Shown here: one piece after another, positions 28,501 through 43,500 of the stretch
Layout of the letters: each line of letters starts with the position of its first letter
Position numbering within the stretch: the first letter of the stretch is position 1
From: Glaucostegus cemiculus
Lineage: Eukaryota
Direction of reading: 5' to 3'
DNA: 64,000 bases
NCBI GenBank assembly: GCA_976551045.1
Contig: CDPCPM010000323.1
Span: 3,038,001-3,102,000 of the forward strand
The notes under the pieces: model-generated
The model's database searches: none
What the model was told of the DNA's origin: nothing
The model's input: only the letters and a program-made list of their open reading frames with translations
Made by a program: the position numbers and the translations under genes

Positions 28501-31500
28501 GACAAAGCAGGCTCCGATAACCAAGTCATTAATGGTCAGGTAACAAAACCTGTCATTAATAAAAGGTACTAGCAGAATTGATTAATAGATTTTTTTGAAA
28601 CAGTCCTTTAAACCATTGTCTTACATTCTCAAAGGCAATAGATTTTACAAACATTTTGAAATTATTACACTTAGCATTATAATAGTATTTTGTTTCAATT
28701 TAAAAATCCTGAATTCCGGTGGAGTGCTACTTCAAAGTAATGTACCTCATTATATCAAAGTTTCAACTATACCACAGGTAGTTTCATGCCCCCTTAGATT
28801 ATATGGATTTTTATTCCAGGAAGACAGTAATATTCCGGCAGAATATAACAGGTCTTTGTGACAACAGTGGTACTGCAGAGAGGGCAATAGATTCTGGAAC
28901 AGTATCTGCAATCCATTACTGGGGTTCTGTTCTACAAATTTTAGCTTTGGAATACAGCAACGGAGATAGAATGGACACATCTGTATGCACATGTAAATGT
29001 TAGTTTCAGTAACAGTAGAGGTAGTTTAAAACACCATGTTTACCAAAGTTTAATATGTATGCCTATTTAAAGAGAATTCTTTTAGTAATACTGTGTATTG
29101 TTGTTGTGATATTTGATAAAGAAGGAAAGATGGAACCTAGTTTTAAATTTGCATTATGAAACTGACACTCTAAATAATTCATTATTCCACCTATTTGATA
29201 ATTTTGTTTTGTCTTAAAGGGGATAAGGAAAATTAATGGAAGAAAATATACAATAATGCATATTTTTTAACAAATAAATAGTGCATAACATTTGAATTTG
29301 GGCATGTTTTACAGTGTTTGCATACATTTCCTGGTGAAATGCTGCCCAATGGGAAATTGTATCAAGAACTTTGTGCGTGATTCACTCTGACATGGATACC
29401 ATTTCCCTGCTGTGTTGTGCATTTGTCATCACCATGCACAGCTTTTATTATTTACTTCACAACAGTAATTCAGTCAGGTTTATGACCTGCATTATTAGCA
29501 CACTGTCAATAAAGGAGTGCAAAGTCACGTTGAAAGTTATGCACATGTGATTTATGGAGTCTTCCTGGGATATCACTATATATGTTCAAAGTCATCCTTT
29601 CCAATTTTTATTTCTATTATTGTCAACAGATCCTGGTACAAATTGAGGCTTCTGTAACTTGATAAGTGCAGCTCACAGATCTGTGACCCTGTTGCTGCTG
29701 CTGATCAGGATCGGCCTTGGGACCACCAGCCTTAAGGCATGTTTGGGTTGCTTGATGCTCAGGAGGGAGTCTCCTCTAGATACTTGCGTGACATCACCTC
29801 CTCCAACCCCATATTCTCCCTCCCACCCCTATTCTCATGATAGCTTGAGGCTGTCATGAAGAAGTTTCTCATGAGTGCACAGGAATGATATTGTTTCAAC
29901 CTGTCTAGCAAGCACAGGTTGGGTTTTAATGTCTCAAAAAATAAGTACATCACAAAAATGTTTCCTTAAAGCAGTAATGGCCCAATCATTTTAGTGACTA
30001 TGAATTGCCTATTAGTGCTAACCTGCAAACACATATCACACTGAAAATGGTTGCAATCCAATTTTCTTTTTTTTTCTGGAACTACTTATCATCTGAGCAC
30101 ATTGTCAAAAATGCTTTCCAGATCATTCTGAGGATTTGCATGTTTTCTCCTTTAAACCCACTATAGGCAGTTCTGTGCAAAATCTGCTGGAAGTATTTAG
30201 AGTCAAAGCAATGCAGCACGAATACAGACCCTTTGGCCCAAGAAAAAAAATTATCTGGAAAATTGGCTTTGGGTTTCTTTTCCAGAAGTTCTGAGTGAAC
30301 TGACTGATAATCGTGCTGCACAGGTTGAGCTGAGAAATGAATTAATTATTATTTAATAAGAAAATAACTTGCAATCAAAAATCAGATTAATACAAATCAA
30401 CCTGAATTTAACATTATGTACTCGTCCAAACATTTGAAGCATACGTTTTCTTCTTTAAAAAGAGATTCAGGGTAGTGGATTGATGTTTTCCAGGCTGACA
30501 TTATCCTTTGTGTAATAGCTGATCATAGCACTCTGAAAAGGCAGCAAAAATCAAAATCTAATCTTTTTAATTCATTAGACATGTATTAGGTCACATTGAT
30601 AACAGTGCAGTCACAATCTGAATGCTCGACTTTGGATGATTTCATGGTTTTAGAATCAATTTCTCTTGGTGAAGGGTAGAGAGAAGTTTGGCACAGGTTT
30701 TACTTTGTAGTTTTGGAAATGTTGCCCTTGGTTAGCAGAAAGTAAAGCAATCCTGAGGGTTGTGATATATACAACAGAAAAAGGCCTCTTGGACCAGCTG
30801 TTCTATCCTGGTGTTTCCTGGTGTTTTTGTGTTCCCCAGGGGTTTCCTCCCATCCTGCCCCATCCAGTTATGTCAGCATATGTTTCGAGTAGGGTGCAGA
30901 AAAGAGCAGGGTAACAATTTCCAGTAGCCAAGACTGATGTGATTTTGGCAAGTGACTTTGGGGAATGTGGAGTGTTAAAACTGGGTACATTTTATTTATT
31001 TTGGTAATATGTGTGTTACAGAGTTACAACACACCTCTGAAAATTGCAGAAATGTATGTAAAAATGTGGCTTTTGTTTGTCTTTCAGTTATGAATAGCTT
31101 TGTTTTGTTTAGGTGACCACCTATAAGTCAGAGGATGTAAAATTGCCTGGATTATAATCAGTGGCGAAGTAGTATTGTTAAAGTACAATGAAGATACTTT
31201 TAAGAATTTATGCATTGAAATGCCGTCATCTTTGATTTTCCAGCAGTTTAATACATTGGACTATTGAGCTGTGAAAGATGGTCTTGAAATACTTAAATGT
31301 TTTTGGCATCAGCTGTATAATTTTCTGGTTTCCTGTGCACCCTGCATTTAAAGTACAGATATAGGAAAATCAGGAACCAAGCCAATACATCTGAGTCATC
31401 GAGGATGTAAAGTTATAGTTCACATGTTTTGTCTGCATCGTGTTTTTGTAGATGAAAGGATTTTGTATCTATCAATGAGCTTTGTGGTTGAATAGCAGTT

Positions 31501-34500
31501 TATAAATCTGAAGCCTGGGACTTTCCAGTAACTGTGGTCAGAAGACTGTGCTCTGTTTACTGTAAAAATACACTTTACCAGAAAATCTGCAAAGATTTAT
31601 ACCAGTAACACATTGCCACAGCAATTTGTTTTTGTCTGGATTCACTGAGAATACTTAAGACAGTCTGCCTCTTTATACCTACTGGCTAGTCAATGGTCTA
31701 TGTCTATGGAATAGTATAATGTCCAAAACTAGCATGTGTGTAATAGAAGTACTAGTTGATTTGTAGTGCTATGCTCAGTGTAGACTTTCCCAAATACTAT
31801 ATATTTTAATAAGATCTATGTTAATAACATAAGTGTATGGAAGCTACTAGAACAGTTTCTTTTCAGCCTCAGAAACCAAAAAGAAGCATTCGTACTTCAA
31901 GGTTTGCTTGAGCTACGTACTTCCACATTGCATGCATTTTTGCATACATATCAGTTGTGTTTTTATCTCTCAAAAATACCCCAGTGGGTACAAAATGTAC
32001 CCTCCTATCACAATCCATATTCACTCTTTTATAGGTTTTGTACAATTACAGAGTTGTTTCCAATTAAGTTGAAGATTATATGCTTTCATTTTAGCTTTGG
32101 TATCTAGTTTAGTAATAGGTACATGTCAATTAAGCATTTCCAAATAGATGCTGACATTTATTTTGGCCAGTTTCTGCACCCTTTAGCCTATTTTATGCAA
32201 GTTAAGCTGAGGAATATTATCTTTGTTGGGAAATGGAACACTTCTCCATTTTTTTTTCCTGGCATCAACATGATGCACTCACAGTGTAGGTGTGGTATAG
32301 TTGGATTCAGAATGAGCTCTCTATGCATGTTTGACAATGCAACGTGCCTCACCTAAAATTTTGGTAAAGTAATTTTGTCGAGACCAATGAAATACTTACT
32401 AATTCATGCAAACGCATCCGTTGTCCTTTCATACCGAGGTTGTTAAAAAGTCAAGGCTATTTTGTGCATGTAGGACACTTGTTGTCCAATAATAACACAT
32501 TAGTATTTATTTTAAGTTAACAGATCAAAATGTACTTGTTTTTTTTGCTAGTAGTTCAGAAGATAACCATCAGCAAGGTCCTCTTTGTGAGTCAGCATGT
32601 TCCTGACTTCTGGCAGAAGTTGGGAGTGTATGGTGTCATGTTGTCAGGTGTTGATATATATCACTTCCCGCTGTGCTACTGGACTCAGCAGTGAGTCCAA
32701 AGATGCAATATGTTCTTGCTGATCTGAGAGATACAATATATTTCATATTTGACCCCTCATGATCGGTATATGTAGAGGGCTATCCTCTTTGATTTGTTGA
32801 TCTTGATTAAATAGGTAAACTTTTTTTCAGTTGAATGTGTTTTCAAGTGTATTATTTAACAAAAATTTTAATCTTTATTGAATGTTTTCAACTGTTTCTG
32901 ATTATCAGAGATATTTAGAAACAGTTGTCAAGGTGTTTGACAGCTCAGAGTGTCAAAACACCATTAATGTAGTGTGGGGGTAGGTTTCAGGATCTGTCTT
33001 CTGAGGCCATGTTCCATCTGCTCTGTACGGTGGAATATCACAACAGCGAGGCCTGGGGATTGGTTACTCATGTGGATCTACAAAAGATTGGTGCTGCTGT
33101 GGGGATTGCACAGGAGGTGAATGCAAAGTACAAACTAAATCAAGCAGAAATTGGCCCAAGGGTTTCCAAATGGGTTCTGAAGGCTGTTTTCGTAAGTGAT
33201 CTAATATCTTTCTCTGCAGTTTGTTGTTGTTTCTAATTCATGCCATTTTAAATAAGCACAATAATTTTCAACACTACACCTAACCAAACAGCTGATTATT
33301 CCATGAGTCTTAACCGTCTTTACAAATGATGAACTTTGATGAATGCTTTGAAAAGTCCAAATAAACTATATTTACAAGATTACTCATTCCAATGTTCATT
33401 TACAGAATCCTGTGCAAATTCTTCTGTGTTTACCCACTATGTAATATACTCTAACTGGCTTGTCGTTAACAGGTTCCTGTTTTGCTATGAATACATTTGC
33501 TGTCTTCCATTCTAGCTTTTATGACATGCTATTAAGTATCAAGCAAAGCAGCATTAAGTTCCTTCTCTTAACAGTGTTGATATATGCCTTTTGACATGGC
33601 CTTGTTAGTCTTTAATTCTTTTAAATGGGTTCTTTAGCATGGTTTATGAGTATCAGCTTTGTTTGTTATCATGGAAGGTTGTAAACAAGAGGCACAGTAA
33701 TGAATTGCAAGAAGACATAAGCTGACAGAATGGGCAGATAAGTGGCAATGAAATTTAGAGCAGAAAAATGTGAAGTAATATTTTGGTAGAAAGAACACAG
33801 AGATAAATTGGCTTAGTGGCATTGTGAAATGGGATTTCCTTATAGAGAGTTAATAAGATTCAATGGGTCAAATGATGACCTTCTGTGCCATGACAGTTCA
33901 ATGATACAAATAACTTATTTTTACTATATTTATTTGTGAAAACTGTTGTGAAGTATCAATTTAATATATCTTCACATCCAAACAAAATTGTAGTTTTAAC
34001 TATTTGTCTTGAAGTGTGCATTATTTCCAAGGAATTCTGAATGGAGCTAAGATTAAGTACTTTCACAAGAGTATTGGCTCAATGTATTTGGTAAAGAATG
34101 GATTGGACATGATAATGTCCTTATTAAATCATACTGAGCTAACTAGGAAGGTACCAGACATGAAACAAAGAAAAGCAGAAAGCTGTAGGCTTTAAAATAG
34201 CAATACAACAAAATATAAACTTGAAGTATTCTATTCATTCCCAAGTCTGTACTGTCCACTTTTATATTGGAATATATATTCAACCTGCTACACTTCAAGA
34301 GGATGCACTCCTTGTTTATTGCCTAATGTCAACTCAAGACTATCAACTGCATGTTGCACTCATCTGCAAATTTGGTTCCATTGATATGAGGAGATAACTA
34401 CAACCCATAAAGATTTGATCTCCAGTGACCAAAGTATAAGTATCCCTGATAGAGCAAGCTTTGAAACCTAGTTCTCAGTTCTTGGCAAGCTGTGCAGCTT

Positions 34501-37500
34501 TTAGCTACAATCATGAAAGCTTTTGTAATTGCTCTTTTGATGATCATCGACATCTTTAATTTTTCCTGAAACTGTCAGTTTTCTTCCCTCTTTTTGAAGG
34601 TGGTAACGTATGTTAAAATATATGAAGGTATGGTCAGCTACGTCACAACAGAGTCTGATGCTGTCTTGATCTAAGTTATACATGTAAGCTTTCAGCAGGG
34701 AATCACGCTAATGACTTTCTCCCTGACTTGACAACATTAAGATCAATTTCAGCATTCCTGTCATGCTGCAATTGACTTGGTGATGATGGCAGATCATGTA
34801 AAGGACTTGACTGGTTGATATGATTACAGAAATTTACATTTTCTTGTTAAAATTACTTGATCTTTAAAAATATTGCATCTTTCTTACAGAAATGTGAAAT
34901 ATATATTCATATTGAAAGCATTTTGTCCTTTCAAGAATCTGTAAAGCTCTTTCATGTTATATTGTAATTTTGAGGTTTATTTAGGGTAATTTGTATTCTG
35001 GAAATTAGCCATTTAAGCCGTGAGAAAAATATTGTGATTCTGCTTATGATTACGCTTTACCAAATACTGTGCAACTATTTGTTATGATGCTGAACATGAA
35101 AGCATATTCTGATAGAACATTAGAGTCTTAGTCCATCTGTAACTAATGTCTCCTTATAGAAAACTTCAGCCATCACATTCTTGTCAGCCCAAGACTTTTC
35201 AACTCAGTTCTTCATTTCACAAGTCCTCAGGGGAAAACTCACCACAGTCAAGCCCTATCAAGACTTCTTTGTTGGTAAGAAGTCATACTTATAATTTTTA
35301 TGTCATTACGATGATCTCCCACAATAACCTGTTTGTTGCAAATAAAATACATGTTCTGGATATTAGGAGAGCTCTCCTAATATCCAGAACATTAATTTTA
35401 TGGAAATAAACAAAAATATATGTGTGAACTTCTGGTGAGAACTGGATTGCCTTTGAAAATGCCAAAATGATCAGATGTGGGTTTTTGGTTAGTTTCAAAG
35501 TGTGAGTGGAAGTGGAGCATGATAGTCATGTATGCATTTCAGATGGCATGATAGAATAGATGAAGTGGAATATGCCTAGGAGAAACATTGATTGGTACAG
35601 AATACATTGAATACATAATAGAAATTTAAAGTTTCTAATTCAAATAAATGAGGTGTTTTTTTTGGTCATGGTATATTATTCTCTATTTTTGCTTTTACAG
35701 CTTCTGTACCTTTTAACTCCTAAAGTGCTAAATAGATAAATGTATTTATTTGAGTGTAGTCAGATTGCAGGATATGAAAGGCAATAAAGGAGTTTGAAGA
35801 TTTGTTGTAAACACAAGTGTTGAAACTATTCCTGGTATTTGACTGTCTTTGTTACAGTAATGTACTGTAATTTTATTGCCTTTATGATTGGTGCAGCAGT
35901 ACTTAAGCTGAAAAAAACAAATTAATTTGCTATTAAATCATGAGGATTACATGAAGCATCAGATGGGTTAAAGGTCAAAATTCAAAGTTTGATTGTTAAC
36001 TTCAACGTTAATGTGCCAGTCACCACAAGTTTAGTGAATATGAAATCAGGTTAAAAATCAAACTCAGTGCAGAGTGCTATTTTTCACACTTTTACCCTTT
36101 TTTCACCTTTATTCTCTTTTCGTTTTAACTTGCTTCTTAATTTCCTCCTGCCATCGATCATCTTTCCCTTCACAAACCACATCCTTTTGATTGCTGTCCA
36201 TCCTCTTTCCCTTCTTCCATTTGTATTCCTCCATCCCTCCTTACTGCCACTTTATTCTGTTTCCCTGCTGTCCCACTCTTCTCTTGTGATGCCCTTTACC
36301 TTGCCCTGCCACTTTCCCCATTTCATAGAATCTTAGAATTATGCAACACAAAATCAGACCTCACCGTCTATGCTAATCCCTCTATCCCTCTATGCTTTCC
36401 CATCTATTTACCTGTCCAAATGCCTTTTAAAGTTTGTAATTGTATCTGCTGCTACCGTCTCCTCTGGCAACTCATTCCAGATAACCATCACCTTTATGTT
36501 ACACCTTAGATTTCCCTGAAATTTCTCTTACCTCACATTAAACCTGAACCCTCTAGTTCGTGATTCTGGATATCTATCTTATTTGTGTCTCTCATAATTG
36601 TATGACCCTCTATAGGGTCATAGTTATAGAGAGATACAGCATGGAGACAGGCTCCATAATGTCACCTCTCAGCTTCCTATGCTTCGGGAAAAAAGTCTGG
36701 TCTATTCAGTCTTCCCTTATAATTTAAGCCCTCCAGTTCTGGTATCATCTTTGTGAATCTTAACTGCACCTTTCCATCTTAGTAACATCCTTCCTACAGC
36801 TAGGTGACTAGAACAGCACACAGTGCTCCAAGTATGATGTCACTAACGTCTTGTACAGTTGTAACATGTTGTGCCAACTCTTGTACTCAGTGTCTTGACC
36901 GATGAAGGCAAGTGCGCCATATGCCTTCTTCGCTACCCTGTTTGCCCGTGTTGCTACTTACAGGGGAACTATGTACTTGTACCCCTTGAGCTTTCTGTTT
37001 TACAACACTCTCCAGGGCCCCACCACTTACTGTGTAATTTGAGCTCTGCTTTAACCTGCCAAATATGTAACACTTCACACCTGTCTGAGTCAAACTCCAT
37101 CTGCCGATCATTGGCCCACTTTGGCAGTTGATTTAGATCCTGTTGTAATCTTAGATAAACTTCTTCACTGTCCACTGAACCACCAGTTTTGGTGTCATCT
37201 ACAAACTTACTAACCATGCCAACTGCATTCTCATCCAAATAATTAATATAGGTGATAGGCAACAGTGGACCCACCACCCATCCCCACAGCACACTGCTGC
37301 TCACAGGCCTCTGATCTGAAAACAACCCTCCACTACCACCTCTGACTCCTACCACCATGCCGATTTTGTATCCAGTTGGCCAGCTCACCCTGGATCCCAC
37401 ATGATCTAACCTTCTGGAACAGCCTACCACACAGGACCTTGTCAGAGGTTTTGCTGAAGTCTGTCTCGACAACACCTACTGCTCTGCCCTCATCACCCCT

Positions 37501-40500
37501 CAGCCTCCTACATTCCAATGCGAATAGACCCAGCTTATCCAATCTCTCTTTATAATTACAGCCCTGTATTCCAGGCAATATCCTGGTGAAAACTCTTCTG
37601 CACTCTCTCTATTGCTACCACATCCTTCCTGTTACATGGCAACCAGAACTATACACAGTACTCCAAATAGGGTCTAACCAGTGTTTTCTACAGCTGCAGC
37701 ATGACGTCCCAGCTCTTACACACAATGCTTGGCCTATGAAAGCAAGCATACCAAATGCTTTTTTCATTACCTTATCCACCTGTGTTGTCAATTTCAGCGA
37801 GCTATGGACCCCAGGGTCCCTCTGCACATCAGTGCTCCTAAGGCCCCTCTATGTCCTTACCAGAATTTGATTTCTCAAAGTTCATTACCACACACTTGTA
37901 TGGATTAAATTCCATCTGCCACTGCTCCACCCAACTTTCCAGCTGATCTGTGTCCCACTGTATCCTTGGATAACTTTTCTCGCCATCTACCATACCACCA
38001 ATTTTTGTGTCATCTGCAAACCACCTTATTCCCTGCCATCTCTCCACTGACTCACTCTTTGCCCTTTACACCTCTTATCTAACCCTCACCTTTCTTTTGA
38101 CACTTAACCTTCAGCTCCTTCCTTTGACCCCTCCCTATTCGCCCTGCCCTTCACTTCCTCCTCATCTTGATTTCTTTCTCTTTCTGCCAGATTAACTTCC
38201 AAAGTTATTAACATGGCTTTTATTCAACATTTTGCTGATCTTTACATCCATATCCAACTTCAGTTCAGTGAAGTATACTCAGCCCTCTTGTACTGGAAAT
38301 TGTAACCTGTCATGTGATTCCCTGAACTATTATTGAAATTTTAGTTAGATTCAAGGTTAAAATCAGAAAGATTTAATTGTTCAGCATTGCTTGTCTGCTT
38401 ATTTATGTATTACAATACAGAGGAAGATTTTGCTTTCAGCTGACATCATTACTGCTCCGAGCTGCTGCTGATCAAATACAGAATAAAAAAAATGATAGTT
38501 ATGCTTCATTATCATTCCTTACATTATTGGTCACATCTTTCAAAGTAAGAATGTTACAGGCATTTTGGTGAAATTGGTCCAAGAAGCCCAGTATATTAAA
38601 TTGTGCTCATTATATATGGAACCTGGAAAATGCAATATAGCTCCTAATGTTGACTGTGTCTATTAAAAGGCTTTCTTTTAAAATGTGCCTTAATTTCAGA
38701 AACGATCAGTGCCTTCAGAACAGACAGATACACACAAAAACAAGAGAAGTAAAGTTTTGCATTCCAGGAGTAAAGAGCATCTTATTTTGAATGGTCATCT
38801 TCCTCACTCAACGTGCCCTACTGCCACATCAAATTCCTGTGTTCCTATTAAAACAGAGTTCCAGAAAACTCGCTCTTCACTGCCTGAGAGTCAGAATGAA
38901 CTTACAGAGCCATTTAAAAACTGCAATGATTCTACACGGATTCACATAAACAAAAATGATAAAGAATTCAGAGGTAGTTGTGATATTTCTGGGAATTCTC
39001 AGAACCAAGTTGCACAAATGAGTTTAGAACAGACAGCTTACCCTCTTCCAGAGGATGTGGAACTCTATGCTGGCTATAATAAAAAAAAGTGCAAAAAACA
39101 CAAAGAGAAGGAGAGAGAGCATATGAAATCAGAAGCAAGGAAGTGGCTAAAAGAGAGTCCGTCGCAAAGGGTTGAAAAGCCACACGAAGAAAATCATAAA
39201 GGTAATGTCTGGCATTGAATTTTTCCTCTAAATATTGGGTTCCTAAGCTCTTACCATGGAAGTAAATCCTCAAATTATGTCACTTTATTATTAATAATCA
39301 GGAAATGTTAATATTCTAATGTAGTAGTAGTTTAGGCGTGATCTTGAAAATTAACATTTGAACTTCAAATTTACATAGCTTAAGTCTTGATATGTATTTG
39401 TCTGTTTTCGAGTGATTATTTGTGTTACCTGGCAATGGACATATTAGTTCATTGTGCTGGTGAAACTGCTCTGAAAGATAGACCTTGTTTTTAAAATTGG
39501 GAAACAGTGTTAAGAAGGCAGACAAATGAAGTTGAGACGCAAATTAGCCCTGACCTAGTTGAATGACAGGGAAGATTTGAGGGACTGCGCGGCCGACTTC
39601 TCTTCCAGGGTACCAAGAATCATGGAGTCCCACAACCAGCGATGAGGAACATAATGAATTACTACTTTGTGATAGTGGAGAGAAAAAAAAGTATCTAAAA
39701 TCTACAAAACAAGTTAATCTGCATATTGTGCACCCTGAAGAGTTCAGGCAACCGTGAGAGTAGTATTACATTTGATCATTATCAGCATGCAATTGTAAAA
39801 TAAATCCTGGATCATGTTCTTATGAAATATTAATTCATGAAATACAATTAAATAAAAAGCCTTATTTTCACAGTACATTTGATAAAAATGTACTATTTAA
39901 TTAACTGTGGAAACAAATTACTGAGGAGCCGTAGGACCTAATGTGGATGTTGTGTAGGTTTGTCAATGGAAAGGATTAATTACCCTTTCTATTTTCAGTT
40001 GTTGTGGCTGTTCAAATATTGGGTCTGAGGTTCCGTGAAATGTGCTAGGTGCACGTTAGTACATTTGCTTTTATCTTTGTACAAAATGTATGAAAGTTTT
40101 TCATTTTGCTAATTACTGACTAAAAATAGATGTGAAGATCCATGTAGCTAAGCAACTGTTGCTGTTGAAGTCATTTTAAAAAAAGTCAAAGAAATGCTGC
40201 TACTAATGCCTGTTACCAAAAAATAACCATGTAACTACCATTGGCAACTAGTAAGGTCCATTGACATGTAGTATTTTAGATAGTCAAATAACCTGTATGA
40301 TCTTATCTACAGAGCATGAAACCACAAATACATCTGCAACCGCTAGTTCAACAGTGGAAATGCCTGACTATTTATTGTGAGTAGTATTAATTCAGTAAAA
40401 ATTTTGCATTAGGAAATTCTGTATTTAGTGAAGGCACTATTGCCTTGTATATAGCCTTACGCATGTTGGCAACTCAGCATGGCTTATATCTGACAGATTG

Positions 40501-43500
40501 TGGAAATATTGACTGCTGTAATCTACAGAGTAAAGGTTTCTTCTGAGATCTGTCTTACACTGCAACTGAGATTATGCTGGCTTTTAAGGGGTTAAAAGTG
40601 ATCCTCTGCAAAATTGATAGAAGTTGTATCTTGAAGCATTAAGATCCAAATCCTTGTATTAAATTAAACCCTTTGAACTGATAATGGGCATTTTAAACAC
40701 AGGAGAAAATTTAACCCATTTTGTCGATGCTGATCTTTGCTCGAGCACTCCAATAGCAATTACAATAAATATTCCATAAAATATCGGTGACTTGAGCATA
40801 CAGTAAAAATATCTAACAATTCCTACACTTATAGTAGAAGATTACTGCACATCTGCGCATTATGGTTTACAGTATACTTTGAAAACTACAGTTAGTAGAA
40901 CATTCACCTGTCTGAATGAGGCAGAGGTGGAAAGGGACATCTGGATATTACTTGTTTACAATATTTATGCATGTATTGGCCCATTATGCCCATTCAGATA
41001 TGTAACCTGGTTGGGAAGAAATTTAATTATTTCTTTAACTTCATAATCTTTAATCAGTGGAAACTGTCCTTATTCAGTCATTTTGCTTTTTCCTAGAAAT
41101 TAATTGCAAAGAAATGTTACATTTTTCTTGTTTCATTTTTGAAGTCTTGTGCTGCCTCTCTTTAATACAGACTTCAGCTGACGTGTTTACCTTGATTTAA
41201 CACTAGTTGACTATTTAATAAATCTTCTGGTTTGTGACTGCGGTAAGTTTAAAGATTCAAGTGAAATGGAATTCACTTTTCTCAGTTGTCCACAGGCTGG
41301 GATCATTGTTGTCTAATGTTGTTCTTGGCATGAATGTCTTCCCTGATGGAAGGCAAACATGGTAGAAAGGAAGTCCAACAGTGATTATCCTTTGGCTTTG
41401 AGTCCAGAATATTTAAGTTACCATTCTTCAACTTCTAGATTGGCATGATTAGGCCAAAACAGGATTTTAGTTTGGGATTGATCAGTCAGAGACACCAGCA
41501 GAATAATACACTGTGCTGCTGCTTTAAACCACCTGGGAGGAACATCGGCGGGAAGAGTGTAGGAGGCTGGGTGGTTACACATTTTCCCTGGTAATGATTG
41601 GAATCCTGTTAAATCAAAGTCTTTACTCTGTATTCTGTTATTGTTTTTACCCTGTACTACCTCAATGCACTGTGTAATGAATTGATCTGTACGAACAATA
41701 TGCAGGACAAATTTTTCACTGTACCTCAGTACAAGTGACAATAATAAACCAATACCAAAACCTTTTGAGTAAGTACAGTATCAAAAAACTCCACTAACTA
41801 ACTCTGGGATAAACTGATCTGAGTTCAAGTAGCAGCAGCTGGTTTTCATTTTAAAATCATTGCAGATAAGTCACAGATATATCAGAGAGGTTTGACTTTA
41901 CTGATTTATTCCTGTTATCAATTACTCTTCTGCAAATTTAGGCCCAGGTTATCCTGCCAAGGTGTGTTAAATTGCTGGATGACACTCACCAACTTTCCAA
42001 CACAGAATAGTGGAAAAGTAAAATTATCTCCCCTGAGGTATTGGGACCTTGGGTCAAAGACTGAGAGCAGTTAATTTTTTGTTAGTTATGTCCATCAGTA
42101 GATGTAGAAAAATAGAAATTAAATATTTGGTGCTAAACAATCTTAATTTAATTGGGTGACCGAAAGGCATGAGAGGAATTAAAAAACAGGCATCCTGTCC
42201 TTACATTCCCATGCAGCCAGACAAGTGAAGTACTTAGTAATTGTTTGAATTAACTATTCTATCATCTCTACACTTCATAACTCTGAAGAGATTTTCAACT
42301 TCTATGCCATCTTTGCCCCTGCAGGTACAGGTTGTAAAAAATAGATGATAATGAGAACAAGAGGCAAGTTATTTAAGTGTAGTGCATTGTTCACAGGTAC
42401 TCATTATAAGTTTTGAGATTCTCACTTTTTTCAGTCTGTACTGAGGACAACTGCTTGGCTTTATCAACCAGACAGTCTTCAGGATTCTGCTCAAAGGCAA
42501 ATTGAAAGAATTAACCTGAAGCAGCCCCACTAAGAAGAATATTCTTGTTGTTGCTAACTATCTGGCTGATTGGTTGATAAGCCCAACAAACAGCAGCTGT
42601 CTCACTGTTACTGTTCCTGTTCCAGTTCCAGTGACTCAGGTTCAAACTGAACCTCTGGTGCTGTATGTGTGGAGCTCTCCCTGCAACTGCATGGGTTTCC
42701 ATTTGGTGCTCCAGTCTCCTCACACATCCAACCCACCAGTCTTTGGTATGTTTATTGCCCATTGTAAATTGTCCTAACTGCATTGGTGAGTGGTAAAATA
42801 TAGGGGAATTTGATGGGAGTGTGGGAAGGATATTTTGCCCCATTACAGGAAGGATGTGGAGGCTTTGGAAAGGGTGCAGAAGTGGTTTACCAGGATGTTG
42901 CCTAGACTAAAGGCTATGAGCTACAAGGAGAGGTTGGACAAATTTGGGTTGTTTTCTTTGAAGCATTGGATGCTGAAGGGAGACCTGACAGAAGTTTATA
43001 AAATTATGAGAGGACTTGATAGTGTAGACAGTCAGAATCCTTTTCTCAGGGTAGACCTGTTAAGTACTAGACTGCATTTAAGATCAGAGGGGGAAATGTT
43101 TAAAGGGGATGTCTGGGGCGAGTTTTTTTTTACACAAGAGTGGTAGATGTCTGGAACAGGCTGCCAGGATTAATGGTGGAAGCAGGTATTTAAGTAACAT
43201 TTAAGAGACTGTTACGAAATGGAGGGATATGGATCATGTGCAGCTAGAAAAGATTGAGTTTAATTCGGCATCGTGTTCAGTGCAAACACTGTGGACTGAA
43301 ATACCTGTTCCTGTGCTCTATTGTTCTATGTTCTAATAAAGTTGAATTAGTGTGAGTGGGTGCTTGATAATCAGCATGGGCTCATTGGGCCAGAGAGTGT
43401 GTTTCCTTGCTGTATCACTGGCTTCATAAAGTTGAGTTAACAGCATTATAGCAAACTGTTACTTTGAAGCTATAAATCTACTTGGATCTGAACTTGGAGA

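Noticed and set aside
33320-33420. Intronic C/D snoRNA candidate (ATGATGA)
   Set aside because: No D box with a terminal stem at a suitable distance.
36969-37475. 168-aa ORF as a functional reverse transcriptase
   Set aside because: Frameshifted, truncated CR1 remnant.
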